Shown piece after piece: positions 1 to 8,357 of a stretch of 64,000 bases of DNA. Origin of the DNA: a virus (Duplodnaviria > Caudoviricetes); IMG/VR virus record IMGVR_UViG_3300011008_000999. One strand, given 5' to 3'. Below the pieces are notes generated by a model, which was given only the letters and a program-made list of their open reading frames with translations, was not told where the DNA came from and made no database searches. Positions within the stretch are counted from its first letter, which is position 1. Each line of letters begins with the position of its first letter. The translations under genes were made by a program, and so were the position numbers.

Positions 1-25
1 ATTACTCATTCGAATCGATATTGTT

Positions 26-159
26 ATCTTATCACAGTGTTTTTTGTTTGTAAATAGTTTTTTGAAAATTTTTTAATTTTTTCGAAGTTCTATATCAAAC
101 ATGTTGTGTAGATATCCAACTATTATATAGTATCACAGATTTTAGAATCTGTAAATAGT
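26..159 (-). promoter_or_regulatory. Two tandem sigma70-type promoters (ACTATTTACA-N17-TAAGAT/TACTAT) in a ~101-bp imperfect direct repeat
   Basis: tgtaaatagt at 49-58 and 150-159, each 17 nt from a -10-like hexamer; flanks (atcacag...tgtaaatagttttttgaaaattttttaa) are repeated. Confidence 0.75.
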
Positions 160-224
160 TTTTTGAAAATTTTTTAAGTTTTTGCAAAAACTATTTTGAA
201 TATTAAAAATAAATAGCTCTTCGT

Positions 225-1418
225 TTAATCTGTACGAACTGCCTTCATTTGTTTCTTATTCTCGTACATTATGGCATCAGCTCTGACAAATACATCATGG
301 AATGAAGTATCTTTATCAGCTGAATATACTGCATGACCTGTAGCAGCTGATATATTTTCCCATTCATTATCTTTGCCAGTTTTAATTATAGAAGATCCTA
401 TATCATTTAGTAAGAAACTTAAAGTATCTACATTCTTGCCTGAAATAATTACAGCAAATTCGTCTCCACCTATTCTAAAACACTTACAACTAGTAAACAT
501 TGCTCTTATGTCATCTGCCAAGATTTTAAGCGCAATATCGCCTTTATCATGACCGTAAGTGTCATTCATCTTCTTAAGAAAGTTAAGATCAATTATAATA
601 AGTGAAAATTTAGCTATTCCATCTTTAATATCTCGATCTAATTGTTCTTCATACTTTTCAAATGCTGTTCTATTAGCTAATCCAGTCAAACCATCTATAT
701 ACATAATTTGTTCAGCACTTAAAGCCTTAGATGTCCAATATACAGATGATGATAGCATCATATATTCAGAAATATAAATAAAGCATATTATACCAAATAA
801 TGGAATAAATAACTTATTTGTTGGTAATACACCTAATGAATTTGCTATATAAGTTAGGACTGAAAAACTAATTAAAGACGAAATAGGTATAAGTAAATAG
901 TTCTTAATCTGTCCGTTAGCTGTTTCAAGCATTTTTGAAAAAGGTGTCTTTATAAATATAATATAGCATATAGTAAGTATACTTAATATTACTACTTTAA
1001 TTGACATAAAGAAAGTAATATTTTCATTTGTATATGGTCCATTAACAGCATCAAAATATTCTAATCGTCCACCAATTAGCTGATCTATAGTTCCGCAAAA
1101 TAAAAACGTAGCTACTACTATAATAAGAAGTGATGTAAAACAAATAAATATTGAATGTGATCTAGATTCTTTATATAACCAATGACTCACTACACATAAT
1201 CCTATACCATATATTATTATTGGAATTGCGTCATTCATTATAAAGAAACTATACCATAACATTGTTAGTGCTGCTACTATAAAACTAGAAGCGGCCCATA
1301 AAAGTACCGTAGACGATTTCTTATACTTAGGTGTCAGAGTAACTGCAGCTAATACTGACGCAAATATGAAATTTAGAGTACCACTAAGAGACCATAGTAC
1401 TATAATTGAAGTTTCCAT
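225..1418 (-). CDS. Membrane-anchored diguanylate cyclase (GGDEF)
   Basis: Multiple N-terminal TM helices; DGLTGLANR, DLNFLKKMNDTYGHDKGD, intact RIGGDEF. Confidence 0.93.
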   Translation of the reverse strand: METSIIVLWSLSGTLNFIFASVLAAVTLTPKYKKSSTVLLWAASSFIVAALTMLWYSFFIMNDAIPIIIYGIGLCVVSHWLYKESRSHSIFICFTSLLIIVVATFLFCGTIDQLIGGRLEYFDAVNGPYTNENITFFMSIKVVILSILTICYIIFIKTPFSKMLETANGQIKNYLLIPISSLISFSVLTYIANSLGVLPTNKLFIPLFGIICFIYISEYMMLSSSVYWTSKALSAEQIMYIDGLTGLANRTAFEKYEEQLDRDIKDGIAKFSLIIIDLNFLKKMNDTYGHDKGDIALKILADDIRAMFTSCKCFRIGGDEFAVIISGKNVDTLSFLLNDIGSSIIKTGKDNEWENISAATGHAVYSADKDTSFHDVFVRADAIMYENKKQMKAVRTD

Positions 1419-1433
1419 TTACGTTCCTCCGTG

Positions 1434-3299
1434 TTAAACTGCATTATGAGACGACAAGAACTCTAAGAAATTTTCCTTTGGTAAAGGCTTAGAGAAATAG
1501 AATCCTTGAATATACTCAATATCAAGTTCTGACATGGCATCTAACTGTTCTTTTGTTTCAATACCTTCAGATACAATATGAAGATTCATATTATGCATGA
1601 TTTGAGTCATTCCTTCTAATACATGCTTAACTTTCTTGTTGTTAAAATAACCTTGAGTAAAGGTATAATCAAACTTAATATTCTGTACAGGAAAATCTAC
1701 TAGATAATCTAAGTTAGATCGTCCGGTTCCAAAATCATCAAGTGAAAATGTTATACCTCTTTTAAGTAGTGCATTTATGTTACTAATAAGGTTATTTCTA
1801 TTACGATTTTGTACTGTTTCAGTAATCTCTAAATTTATCATTGATGGATCAATTTGGTACCTTTCAATAGTATCAATAATAAACTTAGCTGGATTCTCAA
1901 AATCAAACTGTGCAGCAGATAAATTAACTTCAATGCTATCAAGACCTAATTCTTTAGGATTATATTCAGCAATAAACTGACATACTTTTTCAAATATTTT
2001 CATACCTAAAGGAATAATCTGACCAGTTTCTTCTGAAATAGGAATAAATACTCCAGGTGAGATTATACTACCATCAGTATGTCTAATTCTAACTAGTGCT
2101 TCTGCTGCAGAGAACTTTCCAGTTTTTACATTATAAAAAGGCTGATAGAATACTTCTACTCTATCCTCATTAAGTGCGTCCTCAATAAGATCATGAATCT
2201 TATCATATTTACGCATCTTATTTATAAGTTCATCATTAACTTCTATAATTTCTTTAGAAGCATTTTCATAAGAATGAATAAAGTTAAAGAACTCTTCAGG
2301 ATTTAAGAAATCACTACTATTAGGAATAACTAAATATGAGCCTAATGCAGGAACATCTTTAACTGTAGCTGCCATTTCTCGAATCTTATCTAATTGAGAT
2401 CGCATTTTATTAGCATCTTCATAGATAATACAAAACATATCATCGTCTAATTTGAAGACTGGTTCAGATCCAAATGTGAGTAGTGCTTTTGCTGTTCTAA
2501 ATCTAACATTAGTCTTAAGGTCTATATCAACCATCTGTGAAATATAGTTAATTTTAATTGTAAATGCTGAGAACGACTTTTTGAATTTATATCGATCTTT
2601 TACAAAATTAACTAAACCAATATAGTTAAATACGTTAGTATCACTATCAAGATATACATTAGGATTTTCAAGTTGTGTATAAAGAATAATTACACTAAAT
2701 GCTGAAGCAAATCCTATTAATAAAAGTTCAGGAACTATAAACTGAATTATACCACAGATAAGCCAAATACTCTGCCACGTCATAATAATTCTATACTTCT
2801 TCTGCGTCATTTCTTTCTTTTTAAGAAGTCCTAAAAAAATGACAGTCAAAATAAAAATGACAGCCAATACATAAGCGACCAAAGTAGACGGTCCATACGA
2901 GTATGCTTGTCTGCCATCCATGGCAAATGATATTGGAAGTATTAATATCATCAGTTCTCCGAACGTAAAAATAAAATGCAATATACCTTTTATTGGTTTA
3001 TATCTTTTATCTACAAGTAATTCAGTCATTACATACACATATCCGAGATAACCTTGTAGTACAAGTGAAAAGATATACAGTTTACATATAATCTTTGTTA
3101 CAATTGGACTTAATCCACTATATGTTGAATGATATATACACGCAATAGATAATATATCAAGTACTAGCATTATCATACAACTATATAATGATCGCATGAA
3201 CAATATTCTATTTGTTAGATTCAGTTTCTTTTCTCTCATGAATAGCATATATATAATTAACACTACAAATAGAGAACCGCACTGTAATTCAATATTCAT
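1434..3299 (-). CDS. Membrane c-di-GMP phosphodiesterase (degenerate GGDEF + EAL)
   Basis: TM region; FYQP..AEALVR, EITE, DDFGTG, EGIET, QGFYFSKP; GGDEF motif degenerate (KLDDDMF). Confidence 0.93.
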   Translation of the reverse strand: MNIELQCGSLFVVLIIYMLFMREKKLNLTNRILFMRSLYSCMIMLVLDILSIACIYHSTYSGLSPIVTKIICKLYIFSLVLQGYLGYVYVMTELLVDKRYKPIKGILHFIFTFGELMILILPISFAMDGRQAYSYGPSTLVAYVLAVIFILTVIFLGLLKKKEMTQKKYRIIMTWQSIWLICGIIQFIVPELLLIGFASAFSVIILYTQLENPNVYLDSDTNVFNYIGLVNFVKDRYKFKKSFSAFTIKINYISQMVDIDLKTNVRFRTAKALLTFGSEPVFKLDDDMFCIIYEDANKMRSQLDKIREMAATVKDVPALGSYLVIPNSSDFLNPEEFFNFIHSYENASKEIIEVNDELINKMRKYDKIHDLIEDALNEDRVEVFYQPFYNVKTGKFSAAEALVRIRHTDGSIISPGVFIPISEETGQIIPLGMKIFEKVCQFIAEYNPKELGLDSIEVNLSAAQFDFENPAKFIIDTIERYQIDPSMINLEITETVQNRNRNNLISNINALLKRGITFSLDDFGTGRSNLDYLVDFPVQNIKFDYTFTQGYFNNKKVKHVLEGMTQIMHNMNLHIVSEGIETKEQLDAMSELDIEYIQGFYFSKPLPKENFLEFLSSHNAV

Positions 3300-3333
3300 A
3301 ATTATTTCTCCTACTGAGAATCCTCATCCATTT

Positions 3334-3366
3334 AAAAAAATGCGGTAGAATTAGGCTGCTACCGCT
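3334..3366 (-). terminator. Intrinsic terminator GCGGTAG-loop-CTACCGC + U-tract
   Basis: 7-bp GC-rich stem followed by A and a T-run on the minus strand; overlaps an alternative GGCTG/CAGCC hairpin. Confidence 0.75.
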
Positions 3367-3506
3367 CAGCCAGGGGGAGGATTACCAGATGACAAATTAT
3401 ACCTGATGGGTCTTGAACCCACACCTCTACGAATAGTGTACTACTTTATACGACAAGTATAACGACTTTCGTCGATTTGGAGGTATTTGTCGATGACATT
3501 CATCTT
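3334..3506 (-). ncRNA. Putative structured ncRNA/leader containing a tRNA-like domain with no anticodon loop (core 3397-3462)
   Basis: Bounded by conserved promoter (3513-3545) and terminator; acceptor ATACTTG/CAGGTAT, D arm GTAT-AAAGTA-GTAC, mini arm CTA-TTCG-TAG, variable AGGT, T arm GTGGG-TTCAAGA-CCCAT; adjacent CGAC-GAAA-GTCG hairpin. Confidence 0.7.
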
Positions 3507-3512
3507 ATTATC

Positions 3513-3545
3513 ATAATATCAAATAAGTTTGACCTTGTAAATAGT
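3513..3545 (-). promoter_or_regulatory. Conserved element promoter ACTATTTACA-N17-TATTAT
   Basis: Exact motif shared with 12 other intergenic sites. Confidence 0.8.
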
Positions 3546-3547
3546 TT

Positions 3548-4306
3548 TTAACGATATTTCTCTCTAACTTTTTCAAGATCTGATTTTACATAATATCTAT
3601 AAAACATTTCTGTTGAATAGTATTTATAAATATCATCTGTATAATTCTCGTCCTGATGAATACAATCTGGACAATCTATCCAGTGGTACTCAATAATATA
3701 TGTGCCTTCACCAAATATTTCATTTACAGGCGCACGTTCACCTTTAAGATTAGTAATCTCAAAGTCAGGTAAATCCATATATGGTGTATCTAGTGATAAT
3801 GTAGTTCCTAAAATCATATCGAAATAAGACTTTTCTATATCTCCGTTAAATGCACCAATAACTGTACCATCTTTAACTACAATATAAGAAGGAACCCAAT
3901 CAACTCCCAAATCATCTTTAATCCAATTTTCGAAATCTGATCGATGTTCAGGATTATCACACACATATACATGATCTTTTGGCATTATAGTTCTTGCATG
4001 CATATATATCATAAGACCAAAATATGCTACTACAAAAACCATAAAGAATGCAATAATTGGACCAAGTATTTTTAATACTTTATTCTTTTTCTTTGGCGGT
4101 TTTGTAGGTTCATCTACAACTTCTACTTCTGCGTCTAATAGTTCTGATTCTTCTTCAATTGAATTATTATCATCAATTGGTTCACTTGTAATTTCAGCAA
4201 CAGCTTCTTCTCTTGCTCTAGCTAGCATAGCATCAAGTTCATCTTTTGTAAGAGTAACTGTTTCATCATCAGTAGTAGAAGTAGCTAACTTTTCTTCATC
4301 AACCAT
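3548..4306 (-). CDS. Membrane-anchored thioredoxin-fold protein
   Basis: Acidic N-terminus, one TM helix, GVDWVPSYIVVKDG (cis-Pro loop) and CPDC motif. Confidence 0.55.
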   Translation of the reverse strand: MVDEEKLATSTTDDETVTLTKDELDAMLARAREEAVAEITSEPIDDNNSIEEESELLDAEVEVVDEPTKPPKKKNKVLKILGPIIAFFMVFVVAYFGLMIYMHARTIMPKDHVYVCDNPEHRSDFENWIKDDLGVDWVPSYIVVKDGTVIGAFNGDIEKSYFDMILGTTLSLDTPYMDLPDFEITNLKGERAPVNEIFGEGTYIIEYHWIDCPDCIHQDENYTDDIYKYYSTEMFYRYYVKSDLEKVREKYR

Positions 4307-5345
4307 TAGCTACGACCTCCTTTATACTAATTATTTCTTTCTTACCATCAGTCTCACATTTCATAAGATCCTGATTTGTATAGTAGATAGTAAGTTCTTT
4401 ACCTAACGCTGTAAGTTTCTTAACTGCATCATTAGTAAGTTCAAATGTATGATCTTCGCAAGTGTCATCACTAATCTTATATATAAACTCTACACTGTCA
4501 ATTCTTAAGAAAATACCTTTAGGATTAAATACAAGATTAGGCACAGTCTTAAACATTGCTGCTGCGCTCATAGCTTTAGATAGAATAGTAGTATCTAATT
4601 TAACACTACCACCATCGATATCTGTAAATAATTCCATAAAATCGTTATATTGGAAATCATCATTTGAATTTTCAGTGATAACCATAGTAGCATAAAGCTC
4701 ATCAGATTTAACAGCTAATTTGTTAAGTTTGCCTTCTTTAATAATATCATATTCTACATTTGAGATACTATTAAGAATTTCTACACTACTAAGATCAAGA
4801 AGAATATCTTCATCAAAAATTCGTTTTTCTATAATAAGAACATTATCTGTATCTGAAACCATGATATTATCTCCAAAATAGATCTTCTCATAAGTCTCAA
4901 CTACATGTGTAGGATCAAGTACTGATTTTAATGTTCCTAGTTCAATAGTATCATTAATCTTTCTGGAATATTTATAATCACCAGTAGGATCGTTGATACC
5001 AGTTTTTCCTCGCTCTGCTTCATGATTATATGTAGGCAGTTTACACTTTACATTACTTGACTTAATCTGAATAAACTTACCCTTTGTTTCCAAAGTAATA
5101 TCACCATCACAAGACTTAATAAAGTTTGAGAAAGTGTTATAGTCTACAATAGCGTAGAAATCATCAGTTGACTTACCGATTTCTACTCTAATATTATTTA
5201 CTCCGTCTATAGAATATCCATAAACTGTATCACCATCAGTTTCAAAACGAAGCATTCTTTCATACTGTTTACTTGCTACGTTTTTAGATACTGCCATGCC
5301 GAGTAAATTAACTTTCTTTCTTAATTCATCACCATTGACAATCAT
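4299..5345 (-). CDS. Divergent DNA polymerase III beta sliding clamp-like protein
   Basis: 348 aa, DnaN-like N-terminal pattern (ELRKKVNLLGMAV...FSNFIKSCDGDITLE...IQIKS), located in the replication cluster with clamp-loader subunits. Confidence 0.6.
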   Translation of the reverse strand: MIVNGDELRKKVNLLGMAVSKNVASKQYERMLRFETDGDTVYGYSIDGVNNIRVEIGKSTDDFYAIVDYNTFSNFIKSCDGDITLETKGKFIQIKSSNVKCKLPTYNHEAERGKTGINDPTGDYKYSRKINDTIELGTLKSVLDPTHVVETYEKIYFGDNIMVSDTDNVLIIEKRIFDEDILLDLSSVEILNSISNVEYDIIKEGKLNKLAVKSDELYATMVITENSNDDFQYNDFMELFTDIDGGSVKLDTTILSKAMSAAAMFKTVPNLVFNPKGIFLRIDSVEFIYKISDDTCEDHTFELTNDAVKKLTALGKELTIYYTNQDLMKCETDGKKEIISIKEVVANG

Positions 5346-5824
5346 TCGTTACTCTCCTTTTCAAATGTGTCATAGTCAATAACTTCTACCCCACACTTAT
5401 TTAAGATATACTCTGCAGCAGTAGTTTCTTCTGATCTATGGTATTTTTCTTTATAAATAACTCTCTTAATTCCAACTTGTGCAATCATACATGCGCATCT
5501 ACTACAAGGCGAAACAGTAACATATAAATCTGATCCTTTAATATCAGAAATCTGACCGTCATAATTAAGAATAGCATTCAATTCTGCATGACACATAAAA
5601 GTATTTTTCTTTTCAATAAGAGTTTCACCATCGTTATTTTCTGGTACTAACTCATCAGGAAAAGACTGTGGTGCACCATTATATCCAGTAGACTTAATTC
5701 GTCTATTATTTACAATTACTGCACCAACCTGTGTATGTGGATCTTTACTTAATTTAGCAGATTCTTTCGCTACTGCCATAAAATATCCTGGCCATTTATT
5801 CATACGATTACCTACCTTATACAA
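5342..5824 (-). CDS. dCMP deaminase
   Basis: SKDPHTQVGAVIV, GYNG, HAELNAI, SPCSRC zinc motifs. Confidence 0.93.
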   Translation of the reverse strand: MYKVGNRMNKWPGYFMAVAKESAKLSKDPHTQVGAVIVNNRRIKSTGYNGAPQSFPDELVPENNDGETLIEKKNTFMCHAELNAILNYDGQISDIKGSDLYVTVSPCSRCACMIAQVGIKRVIYKEKYHRSEETTAAEYILNKCGVEVIDYDTFEKESNE

Positions 5825-6284
5825 GATTATTTATTACATCACAGTAGAGATCTACTGCTTTAGAATTATCAGTGTTAAAAAATGAATTATCAACATATAC
5901 GTCAATAGGAGTTTCTTCTACTCTTCTTCTAAGATGTCGAGGAAGTTCACTAAAACGCTTACCATTATATTCAGTAATCATTTCTAATCCCTGAATAACA
6001 CGATCTTCGACAATAAAGGTTTCTAATGTTTCAAGAAGACCATGACCTCTACAAACGGACCAACCAGTTTCACAGGACCCATCGCCGTCAAGATTATCTT
6101 TATCTAATTTAGGATTAGATCTTACAATTAGACGCTCAGGTCTAAGATTACTCCAACAAAGTTCAAAAAATCTAGGATCTACTTTTCCAAAAGTAAAATA
6201 TTCAATAGATCCGCTCTTGATTTTATTAACTAAAGTATTTATACAAATTTGTGATTGTCTAAAATCTATATCTACTGGAACCAT
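5817..6284 (-). CDS. Degenerate DUF262 (ParB-like) domain protein
   Basis: YNGKRFSELPRHLRRRVEETPI resembles the DUF262 C-terminal signature; DGQQR motif not retained. Confidence 0.4.
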   Translation of the reverse strand: MVPVDIDFRQSQICINTLVNKIKSGSIEYFTFGKVDPRFFELCWSNLRPERLIVRSNPKLDKDNLDGDGSCETGWSVCRGHGLLETLETFIVEDRVIQGLEMITEYNGKRFSELPRHLRRRVEETPIDVYVDNSFFNTDNSKAVDLYCDVINNLV

Positions 6285-6307
6285 AACATTACCTCCATTC
6301 TATTTTT

Positions 6308-6340
6308 ATTATAACATGATTGGAAGTAAATGTAAATAGT
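6308..6340 (-). promoter_or_regulatory. Conserved promoter ACTATTTACA-N17-TATAAT
   Basis: Consensus -35/-10, 17-nt spacer, TG extension. Confidence 0.85.
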
Positions 6341-6350
6341 TTTACATTAT

Positions 6351-6386
6351 AAAAAACTAGACAGACTTAAAAAATCTGCCTAGTTC
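6351..6386 (-). terminator. Intrinsic terminator after dUTPase
   Basis: CTAGGCAGA/TCTGTCTAG stem followed by T-run. Confidence 0.7.
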
Positions 6387-6392
6387 TTAATA

Positions 6393-6884
6393 TTAAACTC
6401 CAGTTGATCCGAATCCACCTTCACCGCGCTTAGTCTTCTCTGAGAAGAACTCTTCTTCAGGTAAATCAGATACTACTACTTCATCAGTAGCAATAACTGT
6501 AGGAATGAATTGAATGATCTTCTGTCCAAACTCAATCTCCTGAAAATGCTTAGAAGTATTGATAAGATGGAAATGCCATTCTCCCTGATAAGAGCAATCA
6601 ATAACGCTTGCGCCAACGATTAACTTCTTCTTAGTACAAATACCGCTCTTATTATTAGCAATAAGTGCAAGATTGTTAGGAAATTTGCTCTTGATACCTG
6701 AAGGAATACATACATCACAATGAGGTTCAATAACAATCTTGTTATCACGAACAATACCAAGCTTATCTAATTCTTCCTCAGTGAAAGCTGACTTTTCTGG
6801 CACAAAGAAGTCAATTCCTGCATTTTCACTTGCATCTCTAATAGGAGACTTAACATTACGAACCTTAATAAATTCTAAACTCAT
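6393..6884 (-). CDS. dut: dUTPase (trimeric)
   Basis: AGIDF, KSG, VIDCSYQGE, RGEGGFGSTG; start at MSLEF after RBS. Confidence 0.93.
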   Translation of the reverse strand: MSLEFIKVRNVKSPIRDASENAGIDFFVPEKSAFTEEELDKLGIVRDNKIVIEPHCDVCIPSGIKSKFPNNLALIANNKSGICTKKKLIVGASVIDCSYQGEWHFHLINTSKHFQEIEFGQKIIQFIPTVIATDEVVVSDLPEEEFFSEKTKRGEGGFGSTGV

Positions 6885-6900
6885 TTTGTAATTTCCTTTC

Positions 6901-7203
6901 TTATTTTGCTTTAACTGCACAATTCATATAGTATATAATTTGTGGAATATCATCTTTAGTTGTCATAATATTACGAGCTTTAATAATATAGTCTCTAGTA
7001 AATTCAGCTTTCTCATTTTCTTTCAATGTTTCATTATATTTATTTAATGCTTTCATGAGAATTTCTACTGTAAAATCAATCGCTCGTTCTTTCTTATTTT
7101 CATCTGTAAGATAACTTATATTATTCAGCGCCTCTAAATATGGAATTAACTCCATATAAACAGCAGTTGCTGCTAGAGGCTGCTGAGATACTTCCCTTGG
7201 CAT
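6901..7203 (-). CDS. Hypothetical protein
   Basis: RBS GAGG before MPREVS; longer ORF-track start overlaps polA. Confidence 0.55.
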   Translation of the reverse strand: MPREVSQQPLAATAVYMELIPYLEALNNISYLTDENKKERAIDFTVEILMKALNKYNETLKENEKAEFTRDYIIKARNIMTTKDDIPQIIYYMNCAVKAK

Positions 7204-7243
7204 AATTATTTCCTCTTTCAACATATTTATTATTAAATAGCAT

Positions 7244-8353
7244 TTAGCCTTCAAGGCCTTCGAGAATGGCATCAATATCAAGCTCGTCACCATACCATCT
7301 TTCAGATGAAACAACGTCACATGAAATAGGAATAGTAAGTCTTGGTCTTGCTGCAGTTTCCATATCATTTGCGAAACGACCTTTTACATATCTAGCATAT
7401 CTTAAAGGTGTTTCAATAAGAATTTCATCATGAACAGGAATAATTGCATAAGTCTTTCTCTTCTGAAGTTCTTCGTCATTTCTAATTTTAATAAGTGCTA
7501 ACTTACTCATATCAGCAGCAGATCCCTGAACTCGAGAGTTAATAATCTGTCTACTAGCGTTGGCAATCTTATTTCCATTATCAATTACTAAGATTCTTTC
7601 TTTTGTCTTTAACTCGTTCACATAGTTAAATCTAGACTTCCACCACATATTTGTAAGCTTTTCCGTATACTTCTTAACATCAGATTCAGGTACTTTCATA
7701 GAATCGTCAATATTACCATCCTCATCAAGATAGTGGAATTCAAATGTAGGAAGGTTGTATTCAGGAAGTCTTCTCTTTCTACCCCAAAGAGTAGTAACAT
7801 ATCCATGTTCTCTAACCATCTGAGAAGACTCGCGTTCAAATATTTTGATTCTAGGAAATGCATCATATACAGAATTCTTAATCTCTTTTGCTTCTTCAGG
7901 TGTACAACCTAACTGTTCTGCAATAGAGTTTTCACCTCTACCATACATAATACCTAACAGAATCTTTTTAGCCTGACCTCGGTATTCTTTACCTTCCTTA
8001 AATACATCAGTCTCACCATCAGATAATTTATCATAATCATAATCTTCAGGATTTATGTCTGAGTAATCGAGATCTTCAAACTTTTCTTTTCCATCATCCT
8101 GACCATTCTTAAGTAATGCATAAACCCATTTACCATCAGAATTTTGTTTTATAGGACAATTCTTAGGAAAATGTTCAAGACATTTCTTATAAGGTCGTCC
8201 AAAAGAAATAGCAGCGATCTCAACATAAAGGTCTTTACCATCCATATATGCCTGAAGCATACCAGGATCCTCACATAACTGAGTAAGTACACGAGGTTCC
8301 TGAGCAGAATAGTCTGCACCTTGAATGATTCGTCTTGTTCTTGCTTTAATCAT
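7244..8353 (-). CDS. polA: Family A DNA polymerase, C-terminal fragment (motifs A, B, C)
   Basis: ADYSAQEPR, RGQAKKILLGIMYG (Leu at the E. coli F762 position), NSRVQGSAAD, VHDE; own RBS AGGAG. Confidence 0.92.
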   Translation of the reverse strand: MIKARTRRIIQGADYSAQEPRVLTQLCEDPGMLQAYMDGKDLYVEIAAISFGRPYKKCLEHFPKNCPIKQNSDGKWVYALLKNGQDDGKEKFEDLDYSDINPEDYDYDKLSDGETDVFKEGKEYRGQAKKILLGIMYGRGENSIAEQLGCTPEEAKEIKNSVYDAFPRIKIFERESSQMVREHGYVTTLWGRKRRLPEYNLPTFEFHYLDEDGNIDDSMKVPESDVKKYTEKLTNMWWKSRFNYVNELKTKERILVIDNGNKIANASRQIINSRVQGSAADMSKLALIKIRNDEELQKRKTYAIIPVHDEILIETPLRYARYVKGRFANDMETAARPRLTIPISCDVVSSERWYGDELDIDAILEGLEG

Positions 8354-8357
8354 ATCA

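Noticed and set aside
3397-3462. Canonical tRNA gene
   Set aside because: Anticodon arm is only 10 nt with a 4-nt loop; no anticodon can be assigned and there is no CCA
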